From NCBI GenBank assembly GCA_041490525.1, contig JBGPTH010000014.1:1983-65982 (forward strand): a DNA stretch of 64,000 bases. The letters are read 5' to 3'. Numbering within the stretch: position 1 is the stretch's first letter; every line of letters begins with the position of its first letter. The notes under the pieces were generated by a model, which saw only the letters and a list, made by a program, of their open reading frames with translations, had not been told where the DNA came from and did no database searches. Positions 18,398 to 30,198 of this stretch are shown piece after piece. Position numbers and translations under genes: made by a program. The DNA is from Nitrospiria bacterium (GTDB lineage Bacteria; Nitrospirota; Nitrospiria; Nitrospirales; NS-4).

Positions 18398-19771
18398 ATG
18401 AGCGCGCGGCACTTGGTCATCGTCGTCGGAGCAGGCCCTGCCGGGCTGGCCGTGGTCAACGTCATGTCCAAGCACGGCCACGACGTGGTCGTCCTGAACC
18501 GGGACATCAAGTTCGGCGGGCTCGCAGAATACGGCATCTATCCCACTAAGCACAAACTGCGCGGCGGGCTTCGCAAGGGGTACTGGGAAATCCTCAGCCG
18601 TCCCAATGTCCATTACTTCGGCAACGTCACGGTGGGCAACGGGAGCCCTGTGACCGTTCCGGAACTGAGAGCCTTCGAGCCGGGCGCTCTGGTTTTTTCG
18701 ACCGGGGCCCAGGGAACCAAGACCATCGGCGTGGAGGGGGACAGCGCCCGCGAGGTCTATCACGCCAAGGACTGCGTGTATCACTACAACCTGCTCCCCG
18801 GATTTGGCACACGCCCCTTTGACGTGGGGCGGCGTGTGGCGGTGATCGGCATCGGGGACGTCATGGTGGACATCGCCAATTGGCTTACCCATCGCCGGCG
18901 CGTGGAGGAGATCCATGTGGTGGTCCGGAGGGGACCGGCCGAACGGAAATACAATCCCAAGGAAATTCGCGCCGTGTGCGCCTACATCGACCAGGGCGCC
19001 CTCGCCAAGGAGGTGGCCCGGATCGGGCCCCGCCTGGAGGCGGTGGGGCAATCCCCCGAGAAGGTCCTGGGCGAAATGCGCGCGGAGTTCACCAAGTGCG
19101 AGCCCGCGGTCGGGCCTACCCGGATCCTGTTCCACTTCCTGTCCTCCCCGAAGCGCGTGCTGACGGATCCGCAGAATCATGTGGCCGGCCTGGAAGTGGA
19201 AGAGACCAGGCTGGAGCGCAAAGGGGAGGATGTGGCCGCCGTGGGGCTGAAGACCGTCTCGACGGTCCCGTGCGACAGCGTGGTCTTCGCCGTCGGCGAC
19301 CGTGTCGATGATGCCGTGGGTTTGCCATACAAGAACGGCACCTTCGTGACGAACCCCCAGCGGACACAGAACGATCCGGACGACAGCCTCTTTCAAGCCT
19401 ACGACGAGGCCGTGGGCGCGGTCCTCCCGGGGGTCTTCCTCTGCGGCTGGGCGCGCAAGGCGAGCGAAGGGCTCGTGGGCGTTGCCAAACGCGATGGGGA
19501 GTGGTGCAGTGAGGTGGTGTTGCGCTATCTGGCGATCAAGGCGCCGCTCCCGGAGGCCGAGATCGCCGAGAAGCTTGGCCGGTTGGAGGCCTTGCTGGCG
19601 GGCCGGCAGCCGGAGGTGGTCCGGGCCGGCGATCTGCTGGCCTTAAGCGCGATGGAACAGGAGGAGGGGCGGCGCCGGGAGATCGAGGAGTTCAAGTTCC
19701 CCACGAACGAGGAGATGCTGAGCGCCATCCGCCGGAAGAGAGCGGAGGCCAAGGTCTCGGTGCCGCGCTAG
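18398..19771 (+). CDS. Adrenodoxin-reductase/FprA-like FAD-dependent ferredoxin-NADP(H) oxidoreductase
   Basis: VVGAGPAG, GGL..YGI.P, VIGIGDV..D, VVRRGP, GW.....G.VG. Confidence 0.7.
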   Translation: MSARHLVIVVGAGPAGLAVVNVMSKHGHDVVVLNRDIKFGGLAEYGIYPTKHKLRGGLRKGYWEILSRPNVHYFGNVTVGNGSPVTVPELRAFEPGALVFSTGAQGTKTIGVEGDSAREVYHAKDCVYHYNLLPGFGTRPFDVGRRVAVIGIGDVMVDIANWLTHRRRVEEIHVVVRRGPAERKYNPKEIRAVCAYIDQGALAKEVARIGPRLEAVGQSPEKVLGEMRAEFTKCEPAVGPTRILFHFLSSPKRVLTDPQNHVAGLEVEETRLERKGEDVAAVGLKTVSTVPCDSVVFAVGDRVDDAVGLPYKNGTFVTNPQRTQNDPDDSLFQAYDEAVGAVLPGVFLCGWARKASEGLVGVAKRDGEWCSEVVLRYLAIKAPLPEAEIAEKLGRLEALLAGRQPEVVRAGDLLALSAMEQEEGRRREIEEFKFPTNEEMLSAIRRKRAEAKVSVPR

Positions 19772-20622
19772 CTCTCCCCCCACTTCAGCTTCTTCCGCAA
19801 GACATCATAATAAGACTGTTCGGGGAAGCGGATCAGCTTGGTTTTGTGCTCCGACGCCCGGATCTCGACGATGTCGCGGGGGCGCAGCGCGATGCCGACC
19901 TGCCCGTCGAACGTGGCCATGGCGCCTTCGTCCTTGCTGACCAGGACGACTTCCACCAGGGCCTCCTGCGGAATCACGATCGGGCGGTTGGTCAGGGTGT
20001 GGGGCGAAATCGGGGTGAGGATCAGCGCATGGACCGAGGGGTTGAGGATCGGTCCGCCCGAGGAGAGGGAGTAGGCCGTGGAGCCCGTGGGGGTGGAGAT
20101 GATCAGCCCATCCCCGCGTAAGCTGGTCACGAACTGCCCGTTGATGGAAATTTCCAACTGGATCATGCGGGACACGGCGCCCTTGCCCAGCACCACATCA
20201 TTCAGGACCGAGGCCGCCGCGACCTGCTCGCCCAATCGCAGGATACGGGAGCGGAGCATCAGGCGCTCCTCCTCCTGGAACGCCCCTGCAAAGATTTGCT
20301 CGAGGGCGTGGTAGAGCTCATCCCGCGTCACCTCGGTGAGAAAGCCGAGGCCCCCCACATTCACGCCGAGGATGGGGGTGGGCCGGCCTTCCACCATCCG
20401 GGCCCCGGCCAGCATGGTCCCATCACCCCCCAGCACCACCAGGAGGTCTGCGAGGGCGGCGAGGTCTTTCTTCGGGTAGGCCGTGGTTTCCCCGATGAGG
20501 GCGGCGGTGGGGGGATCGAGCAGAGGGTCCCTGTCTCGCGCCCGCAGCCACGGCACCAATTCGCTCAGGATGGCTTTGGCGTCGGGGAAATCCGGCTTGA
20601 TCAGGATGCCGATGCGCTTCAT
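19768..20622 (-). CDS. nadK: NAD kinase
   Basis: LGGDGTML, LGFLT, LND, DGLI.STPTGSTAYSLS.GGP. Confidence 0.95.
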   Translation of the reverse strand: MKRIGILIKPDFPDAKAILSELVPWLRARDRDPLLDPPTAALIGETTAYPKKDLAALADLLVVLGGDGTMLAGARMVEGRPTPILGVNVGGLGFLTEVTRDELYHALEQIFAGAFQEEERLMLRSRILRLGEQVAAASVLNDVVLGKGAVSRMIQLEISINGQFVTSLRGDGLIISTPTGSTAYSLSSGGPILNPSVHALILTPISPHTLTNRPIVIPQEALVEVVLVSKDEGAMATFDGQVGIALRPRDIVEIRASEHKTKLIRFPEQSYYDVLRKKLKWGES

Positions 20623-20630
20623 CTGGGGAC

Positions 20631-20659
20631 ATTCTAGCGGGCCGCCCCCGCCTTGTCAA
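20631..20659 (-). promoter_or_regulatory. nadK promoter (probably leaderless transcript)
   Basis: TTGACA-17 nt-TAGAAT-8 nt-ATG on minus strand. Confidence 0.7.
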
Positions 20660-20855
20660 TGAATGGATCAGTGTCAATACCTACGATATCAGGCCGGGGC
20701 CCCGTCCCGCCGGTCCGCCGGGCATGCGGGCCAGTTCCTAAGAGGAAGCCCCGGCGCCCTCCGGACGCCGGCCGCCGGGAGTGTCCGCCTCCTCCATGAA
20801 TGGACTCCATGGACAATCTCCTCTCTAACGGGGACTCTCTGGGCGCGTTCCGCCC

Positions 20856-20884
20856 TTGACACCTAGAGGGGCGACGGGTAGAAT
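20856..20884 (+). promoter_or_regulatory. clpC promoter
   Basis: TTGACA-17 nt-TAGAAT. Confidence 0.7.
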
Positions 20885-20952
20885 ATGACCAAGATTTAAG
20901 GAGAACCGGCCGAAACGAGTGTGAGACAGCTCCCCAACCGGCGCGAGGAGGA

Positions 20953-23385
<2,433 letters not shown>

Positions 23386-23525
23386 TGAGCCGTTGGTGCC
23401 CGGTGCGGGTCAGTCTCTCTCCTTTCTGTCCGTCCGCCAAACAGTCTGCCTGACCCCTGCATGAGGGCATTTGTCTGGCCGCCCCGGTGGTCGTCCATCA
23501 CTCTTCCCATCCTCTTCCCAGTTCG

Positions 23526-24593
23526 ATGATCCTCGGAATTGAGACCTCGTGCGACGAGACCGCTGCGGCGATCGTGGGCCATGATGACACGCTGCTGGCG
23601 GAGATGGTGTGGTCGCAGGCCGACACCCATGCCCGCTTTGGAGGCGTCGTCCCCGAACTGGCCGGGCGCCGCCACATTGAAACCATCGACCGCGTCGTGC
23701 GGGAAACCCTGGGGCGCGCCGGCGTGGGCCTGGGAGATCTGAGCGCCGTCGCCGTGACCAGCGGGCCCGGACTCATCGGTGCGCTTCTGGTCGGGGTCTC
23801 CTACGGCAAGGCGCTGGCGTATGCGCTGGGCGTTCCGCTCATCCCCGTCAATCACCTGGAAGGCCATCTGAGCGCCGCGTCCGTCGGCCCCGAGCGGGTG
23901 TCTCCTCCCTTCGTGGCGCTGATTGTCTCGGGCGGGCACACGAACCTGTATCATGTGAAGGCTTGGGACGCGCCTGAGGTGCTCGGGCGGACCTTGGACG
24001 ATGCCGCGGGCGAGGCCTTCGACAAAGCCGCCAAGATGCTGGGGTTGGGCTATCCCGGGGGGCCTGTGATCGACCGGTTGGCGCGTGCTGGGGACCCCGA
24101 CCGGGCGCCGTTCCCGCGACCCTATCCCACGTTGGATGATCTCAACTTCAGCTTCAGCGGGATCAAGACCGCCTTGCTGTACTACCTTCGGGATCGGGAG
24201 AGGCGGGGGCAGACCTGGCATGTTCCGGACGTGGCGGCCGGGTTCCAGCGGGCGATTGTGGAGGTCCTGGTGGAGAAAACCCTGGCGGCTGCGGCGCGCG
24301 CCGGAGCGCGTCAGGTGGTGGTCACCGGCGGCGTGGCTGCAAATTCCGCCCTCCGCGCCCGGTTCGAGGCCCGCGGCTCGGAAGCGGGGATTCAGGTCCA
24401 CTTCCCGCCGTCTCATTACTGCACCGATAATGGCGCCATGATCGCCGTCGCCGGGGCGCGCCTCTTCCGGGAGGGGCGCGCTGCCGGCCTGGCGTTAGAG
24501 CCCCGCGCGAACTGGGGCCTTGGAGGCCGCGTGCCCGGCGCGCCGGCCGACGCCCTTGAGAAGGAGAGAAGCCATCCCCGCCCTGCACGGTAA
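23526..24593 (+). CDS. tsaD: tRNA N6-threonylcarbamoyltransferase
   Basis: ILGIETSCDET, HLEGH, SGGHT, DDAAGEAFDK, CTDNGAMIA. Confidence 0.96.
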   Translation: MILGIETSCDETAAAIVGHDDTLLAEMVWSQADTHARFGGVVPELAGRRHIETIDRVVRETLGRAGVGLGDLSAVAVTSGPGLIGALLVGVSYGKALAYALGVPLIPVNHLEGHLSAASVGPERVSPPFVALIVSGGHTNLYHVKAWDAPEVLGRTLDDAAGEAFDKAAKMLGLGYPGGPVIDRLARAGDPDRAPFPRPYPTLDDLNFSFSGIKTALLYYLRDRERRGQTWHVPDVAAGFQRAIVEVLVEKTLAAAARAGARQVVVTGGVAANSALRARFEARGSEAGIQVHFPPSHYCTDNGAMIAVAGARLFREGRAAGLALEPRANWGLGGRVPGAPADALEKERSHPRPAR

Positions 24594-26220
24594 TCTGACG
24601 GGCCTCAAGCCGAATCACGTGCGCCGGCTCGAGCACATCTACCGCCGGCGGGTGCCCGAGCAGGCCGTGATCTCCTGGGAGCTTGCCCGCTTCTGCACCG
24701 GGCTCTCCCGTGAGATCGGCCGCCAGATCGCGGTCCTGATCAGCCGTCGGGGCACCATTGAAGACGTGATCGTGGGGAACGACCATGAGGTCGTCCTGCC
24801 GGACCTCTCGGGGTATCGGTTGGGACGCCGCCTGCTGCGCGGGGTGCGGATGGTCCACACCCATCTTCGAGACGAGCCGCTGAGCCAGGACGACCTTACC
24901 GACCTGGCCCTCCTGCGGCTCGATCTGATCGCCGCAGTCGGCGTCCTGGAGGACGGCCAGCCCGGTCATCTGTACGCGGCTAACATTCTCCCTCCCAATC
25001 CGGCCGGCAAGGCCTACGAAGTTTGGACCCCGATCGCCCTGCAGGATTACCAGGCGGACCTGGGCCGGTTCCTGACCGCCCTCGAAGAGGAACTGGCCCG
25101 GACCAGGCCCGCCCATGAGGTGGGGACCTCCCGGGAGCAGGCGATCCTGGTCAGCGTCTCGAAAGAGGGCCGGGCCGACCAGGAGGACTCACTGGTGGAG
25201 CTGGGTGAGCTGTCCCGGTCTGCCGGCCTGGTCGTCCTCGACGTGGTCATGCAGCGACCGCAGACCATCCACTCCAAATATCTCCTCGGGAGCGGCAAGC
25301 TCAAGGAAGTCGTGATCAAGGCGCTCCAGCACGGGGTGGAGTACCTCGTCTTTGATCAGGACCTGTCGCCGGCCCAGGCGGCGGCCATTGCCGAAATGAC
25401 GGACCTCAAGGTCATCGACCGGACCCAGTTGATCCTGGACATTTTCAGCCGCCGGGCGCACAGCCGGGAAGGGAAGATCCAGGTCGAACTCGCGCAATTG
25501 CGGTATCTCCTGCCCCGCCTCGCGGGCCAGGGCACGGCCCTGTCGAGGCTGGCGGGCGGGATCGGAGGGCGGGGGCCGGGCGAGACCAAGCTGGAAGTGG
25601 ACCGTCGCCGGGTCAGGGACCGGATCGCCCACCTGGAGCGGCAGATGGAGGCCTGGGCCCGGCATCGCGGGCAACAGCGAGCCCGACGGCTCCGCCGTGA
25701 GGTGCCGATCCTCTCGATCGTGGGTTACACAAACGCAGGCAAGTCCACACTGCTCAACGCGCTCACCTTGAGCCACGAGACGGCCGAGGACCTGCTCTTC
25801 GCCACGCTCGGGACGGCCAGCCGGCGGTTACGGTTTCCGGCGGAGCGGGACGTGATCGTGACCGACACCGTCGGATTCATTCGGAACCTCCCGGCGGAAC
25901 TGATGGGAGCGTTTCGCGCCACCCTGGAGGAACTCCATGACGCCGATCTCCTCCTGCATGTCGCGGACATCAGCAGCCCGACCCTTGACCGGCAGGTGGC
26001 GGTCGTGGAACGTGTGCTGACAGATCTGGGCCTCGCCGGGGTCCCCCGCGTGTTGGCGCTGAATAAGGCGGATCTGGTCGAGCCCGCCCTGGCGTCCGCC
26101 TTGAGCGCTCGGTTTGGAGGTCTTGCGGTGTCGGCGCTCCGGCCGGAGACGCTGATCCCGTTGGTCACCGAATTCGAGGATCGCCTGGCGAGTTTGACCA
26201 AGCAGGGGATTCCTTGCTAA
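24574..26220 (+). CDS. hflX: GTPase HflX, long N-terminal form; start ambiguous (ATC 24574 with SD, or TTG 24520)
   Basis: VGYTNAGKSTL, LFATL, DTVGFI, NK.D; HGNLTGLK N-terminus. Confidence 0.93.
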   Translation: MPALHGNLTGLKPNHVRRLEHIYRRRVPEQAVISWELARFCTGLSREIGRQIAVLISRRGTIEDVIVGNDHEVVLPDLSGYRLGRRLLRGVRMVHTHLRDEPLSQDDLTDLALLRLDLIAAVGVLEDGQPGHLYAANILPPNPAGKAYEVWTPIALQDYQADLGRFLTALEEELARTRPAHEVGTSREQAILVSVSKEGRADQEDSLVELGELSRSAGLVVLDVVMQRPQTIHSKYLLGSGKLKEVVIKALQHGVEYLVFDQDLSPAQAAAIAEMTDLKVIDRTQLILDIFSRRAHSREGKIQVELAQLRYLLPRLAGQGTALSRLAGGIGGRGPGETKLEVDRRRVRDRIAHLERQMEAWARHRGQQRARRLRREVPILSIVGYTNAGKSTLLNALTLSHETAEDLLFATLGTASRRLRFPAERDVIVTDTVGFIRNLPAELMGAFRATLEELHDADLLLHVADISSPTLDRQVAVVERVLTDLGLAGVPRVLALNKADLVEPALASALSARFGGLAVSALRPETLIPLVTEFEDRLASLTKQGIPC

Positions 26221-26358
26221 CATACGTTCCATCTCGTCCAGATTCGACCAGTCCCTCCGTGGCTGGCCTCATCCGCTATCATCATGGTTCTTGCGGGTCG
26301 GTCGAGGAAGAAAGCGGTCGGATCGTAGGTTCCGGGGGCAGGCCGATGTGGGGGAGCC

Positions 26359-26988
26359 ATGGCCGTCGGGAAGCGGCTCCTGAAGCTGCTCGATCAAGAA
26401 TTCCCGGTTCCCGCAATGGCCCTCCGCCACGAGACGCCGCTGCAACTGCTGATGGCGACGATCCTGTCGGCCCAATGCACGGATGAGCGGGTGAACCAGG
26501 TTACCAAAGGCCTGTTTACCCGCTATCGGACGGCTGCCGATTACGCCCGCGCCGATCCGGCGGTCCTCGAGCAGGATATTCGGCCGACCGGGTTTTATAA
26601 AGCCAAAGCAAGAAGCCTGATTGGATGCGGGCAGGCCCTGGTCAGCCGGTTCGGAGGCAAGGTCCCCCGAACCATGGAGGAACTGGTCACCCTGCCGGGG
26701 GTTGGACGCAAAACCGCGAACGTCATCCTCGGGAATTGTTTCGAGGTACCGGCCGTCGTGGTGGACACCCACGTCATACGGGTCAGTCGGCGGCTGGGCC
26801 TGGTGGACACGGACGATCCGGTCAAGATCGAGACGGCTCTGCAACACGTGCTCCCGAAGGAACGCTGGACGCGGGGATCGCACCAGTTGCTGCTGCATGG
26901 ACGGCACATTTGTCAGGCCCGGGCCCCCAAGTGTCACCAGTGCCAGTTGTATGCGCTCTGCCCCTGGGAGGGAAAGCGTCCCGCATGA
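26359..26988 (+). CDS. nth: Endonuclease III
   Basis: ILSAQCTDERVN, LPGVGRKTANV, VDTHV, C.AR.PKC..C.L...C. Confidence 0.96.
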   Translation: MAVGKRLLKLLDQEFPVPAMALRHETPLQLLMATILSAQCTDERVNQVTKGLFTRYRTAADYARADPAVLEQDIRPTGFYKAKARSLIGCGQALVSRFGGKVPRTMEELVTLPGVGRKTANVILGNCFEVPAVVVDTHVIRVSRRLGLVDTDDPVKIETALQHVLPKERWTRGSHQLLLHGRHICQARAPKCHQCQLYALCPWEGKRPA

Positions 26989-27878
26989 TCCGGAGCATGA
27001 CCGGGTATGGCCGCGCGGAAGGCCGTCATAAAGGCACCCCGATCGTCGTCGAGGTGCGCTCGGTCAACCATCGTCACTGTGAGGTGGTATCGCGACTGCC
27101 CCGTGCCCTGCAGGCCTATGACGAGAGGGTTCGCGGGGTGGTGCAGGCCCATCTGTCCCGAGGGCGGGTCGATGTAACTGTGACCTTCAGCGGAGAGCGG
27201 GACACCGGCCGGGGGCTCATGTTGGACTTGACGCTCGCTCGCCGGTATCTCGCGCTCCTCACCGACCTCCGGCGGAAGCTCAAGCTGGCCGGGTCGCCCG
27301 ACGTCGGGCTGGTGGCCGGGTTTCCGAACGTGATCAAGCCCGCCGAGCTGGCGGTCGAGGACCGGGGAGCGGTCCGGGCCGTCGAGCAGGTGCTGACCCG
27401 GGCGCTCAAGGCGGTGGCCGGCATGCGCGTTCACGAAGGGCGTGCCCTGGAACGGGACCTGTCGGCGCGCGTGGATGAAATCGAGCGGCATCTGGCGGCG
27501 ATCCGCCAGCGCCTGCCGGACATCATCCAGGAGTATGCCGCGCGCTTACGGGGACGCGTCACACGCCTCCTGGAGGGGACGGGAGAGGGGAAGGATCGGA
27601 TCGACCCGAGCCGCCTGGCCCAGGAAGTGGCGCTCCTGGCCGACCGGAGCGACGTCAGCGAAGAGTTGACGCGCCTGGACAGTCATTTGGAACAGTTCAG
27701 GGGGTTCCTCAGGAAGTCCGAGCCGGTGGGCCGCAGCCTGGATTTCCTGCTGCAGGAGATCAATCGGGAGATCACCACGATCGGCTCGAAGGTCGGGGAT
27801 GTGGCGGTGACCCAAGAGATCGTGGCGGTGAAGGCGGAACTCGAAAAGGTGCGGGAGCAGGTCCAGAATGTCGAGTAG
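26985..27878 (+). CDS. yicC: YicC/YloC family endoribonuclease
   Basis: MIRSMTGYGR, RSVNHR, GRSLDFLLQE.NRE..TI.SK, EK.REQVQNVE. Confidence 0.93.
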   Translation: MIRSMTGYGRAEGRHKGTPIVVEVRSVNHRHCEVVSRLPRALQAYDERVRGVVQAHLSRGRVDVTVTFSGERDTGRGLMLDLTLARRYLALLTDLRRKLKLAGSPDVGLVAGFPNVIKPAELAVEDRGAVRAVEQVLTRALKAVAGMRVHEGRALERDLSARVDEIERHLAAIRQRLPDIIQEYAARLRGRVTRLLEGTGEGKDRIDPSRLAQEVALLADRSDVSEELTRLDSHLEQFRGFLRKSEPVGRSLDFLLQEINREITTIGSKVGDVAVTQEIVAVKAELEKVREQVQNVE

Positions 27879-28518
27879 CGGGTCGGGCGTCCGGCGTCGG
27901 CGCGGCGTGTTGTTCGTGGTGTCCGCCCCCTCGGGAGCCGGCAAGACGTCGCTGTGCCAGGATCTGGTCACCGTGGTCCCGGATTTGCGGCACTCGGTGT
28001 CCTATACGACCCGCCCGCCGCGTCCGGCCGAGGTCCCTGGCCGCGACTACCACTTTGTGGATGTGGCCGCATTCCGGGCCATGATCACGGACGGGGCGTT
28101 CCTGGAATGGGCCGAGGTTTACGGGAATCTCTACGGGACCCCGCTGGTGCTCATTCGGCAATGGCGAGACCAGGGCATTGATGCCCTGCTTGATATCGAC
28201 GCGCAGGGGGCCGCGCAGATCCGAAACCAGGAACCGGAGGCCGTCTCGATCTTCATCCTGCCGCCGACCCTGGAGCACCTGCGTCGCCGCCTGGAAGCCC
28301 GGCGGGCCGATTCGGCGGACGAGATTGCCCGGCGGCTCAGGAAGGCCAAGGATGAAATTAAGCGGTACCGGGACTACACCTACGTTGTCATCAACGATGA
28401 CTTTAAGTCCGCGGTGCGCCAGCTTGAGGCGATCGTGCTGGCCGAGCGAAGCCGGACCTCGGGGTTGGACCTGTCCGGGTTGGAACAGACCTTATTGGGG
28501 AGTCAGGAGGAGGGATAA
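27868..28518 (+). CDS. gmk: Guanylate kinase
   Basis: SAPSGAGKT, SVS.TTRPPR, FLEWAEV.GN.YGT. Confidence 0.96.
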   Translation: MSSSGSGVRRRRGVLFVVSAPSGAGKTSLCQDLVTVVPDLRHSVSYTTRPPRPAEVPGRDYHFVDVAAFRAMITDGAFLEWAEVYGNLYGTPLVLIRQWRDQGIDALLDIDAQGAAQIRNQEPEAVSIFILPPTLEHLRRRLEARRADSADEIARRLRKAKDEIKRYRDYTYVVINDDFKSAVRQLEAIVLAERSRTSGLDLSGLEQTLLGSQEEG

Positions 28519-28878
28519 ATGGAGGCATTGTCGTTGTTGCCGGAAATACAGGGATCGACGGTCGATTCCAGGAGCCGTCTGGTGATCATCGCCGCCCAGC
28601 GGGCCCGCCAGCTTATGCAAGGGGCCACGCCCTCGGTGATCACGAAGCATATCAAGCCCACCACGATTGCGTTGGAGGAGGTGCTGCGCGGCCGCGTGCC
28701 CTTCCTGGTCGGCAAGGAGGCGCGGCAGGCCATGAAGGAGGCGAAGAAACAGCGGGAGCGCGAACTCGAACGCCTGACCACCCCGCCGGTCGTCGCGGAA
28801 GACGCCAGCGAGATCAAAAAGGACCTGAGCGTCATAGTGGATGATTCCCCAAAGACCGAAGTCGGGGAAGAGGACTGA
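28519..28878 (+). CDS. rpoZ: RNA polymerase omega subunit
   Basis: SR.RLVIIAAQRARQL...KP..IALEE; position between gmk and coaBC. Confidence 0.9.
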   Translation: MEALSLLPEIQGSTVDSRSRLVIIAAQRARQLMQGATPSVITKHIKPTTIALEEVLRGRVPFLVGKEARQAMKEAKKQRERELERLTTPPVVAEDASEIKKDLSVIVDDSPKTEVGEED

Positions 28879-28885
28879 CCGTCCC

Positions 28886-30184
28886 ATGCCCCCCGCCACC
28901 GGCCCAGGCATCTCCGGACGCCATGTCGGGAAGACGATCGTCCTCGGCGTCACCGGCAGCATTGCGGCCTACAAGTCGGTAGGCCTCGCGCGCCGTCTGA
29001 TGGCCGAGGGCGCGACCGTGCACGTGGTGATGACGGGGACAGCCCAGCGATTCGTGGGGCCGCTGACCTTTGAAGCATTGACCGGCCACCCGGTCGGCAC
29101 CGATCTTTTTGCACCGTCGAGAGAAGAAGTGGGTGTGGGAGGGGCGTCTGCGGGGCCCCCTCCCACACGAATGATCATGCCGCACCTGGCCCTCGCGGAA
29201 GCGGCGGACTTGGTCGTGATTGCTCCCGCCTCGGCCCACTGTGTGGCCAAGCTGGCGCATGGCTTGGCCGACGACCTGCTGTCGACCCTAGTCCTCGCGG
29301 CGACGTGTCCCGTGCTGGTGGTCCCGGCCATGGACGGCGGTATGTGGGACCACGCGGCGGTCCGTGATAACGTCATCACGCTCCGCGCGCGCGGGGTCAC
29401 CGTGCTGGAACCTGACATCGGACCGCTGGCCTCCGGGAAGGTGGGGAAGGGGCGCTTCCCCGAGGAAGACGCCATTCTTGCGGCGATCGCGGGCGCCCTG
29501 ACCCCCCGCAAGGATTACCGCGGGCGGCGCGTGCTCGTCACGGCCGGCCCCACGCAGGAGGCCCTCGATCCGGTGCGGTTCCTCTCCAACCGCTCGTCGG
29601 GAAAGATGGGCTGGGCGCTCGCCGAAGCGGCCCGCGAGCGCGGTGCCGACGTGGTGTTGGTCGCCGGTCCGACCGCTCTTCCCCCGCCGGCCGGCGTGTC
29701 CTACGTGCCGGTCGTCACGGCTGAAGAGATGCGCAAGGCGGTCACGGTGCGCTTCCCCGACGCCGACGTGCTGGTGATGGCGGCGGCGGTCGCCGATTTT
29801 CGCCCGGCGCGCCCCGCCCGGAGTAAGATCCCGAAGGGCAGATTGGGAGGGGCGAAGGCACTGAAGCTGGCGCTTGAACCGACGCGCGACATCCTCAAGG
29901 ATTTGCCGCCCAGGCGGGCCGGGCAGGTTATGGTGGGCTTCGCGGCGGAGACGGACGGCCTGATTTCCAAGGCCGGTCGCAAGCTGGCCGAAAAGGCCCT
30001 GGACCTGATCGTGGCCAATGACGTCACGGAGCCCGGAGCCGGATTCGGCACCGACACCAACCGGGCCACGTTGCTCGACCGGGCAGGCCGCTGCGTGCCG
30101 CTGCCCCTGTTGTCCAAGCGTGACCTGGCGCACCGAATCCTCGACACCGTGCTCGCGCTGTCGCCGGGCAAGGCGCGCTCCTAA
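28886..30184 (+). CDS. coaBC: Phosphopantothenoylcysteine decarboxylase/synthase
   Basis: GVTGSIAAYK, PAM, TAGPT.E..DPVRF.SN.SSGKMG, VGFAAET. Confidence 0.96.
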   Translation: MPPATGPGISGRHVGKTIVLGVTGSIAAYKSVGLARRLMAEGATVHVVMTGTAQRFVGPLTFEALTGHPVGTDLFAPSREEVGVGGASAGPPPTRMIMPHLALAEAADLVVIAPASAHCVAKLAHGLADDLLSTLVLAATCPVLVVPAMDGGMWDHAAVRDNVITLRARGVTVLEPDIGPLASGKVGKGRFPEEDAILAAIAGALTPRKDYRGRRVLVTAGPTQEALDPVRFLSNRSSGKMGWALAEAARERGADVVLVAGPTALPPPAGVSYVPVVTAEEMRKAVTVRFPDADVLVMAAAVADFRPARPARSKIPKGRLGGAKALKLALEPTRDILKDLPPRRAGQVMVGFAAETDGLISKAGRKLAEKALDLIVANDVTEPGAGFGTDTNRATLLDRAGRCVPLPLLSKRDLAHRILDTVLALSPGKARS

Positions 30185-30198
30185 AGGAGACCGGACTG

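Noticed and set aside
17336-19396. 686-aa minus-strand ORF
   Set aside because: Antisense to fumC and the FNR-like gene.
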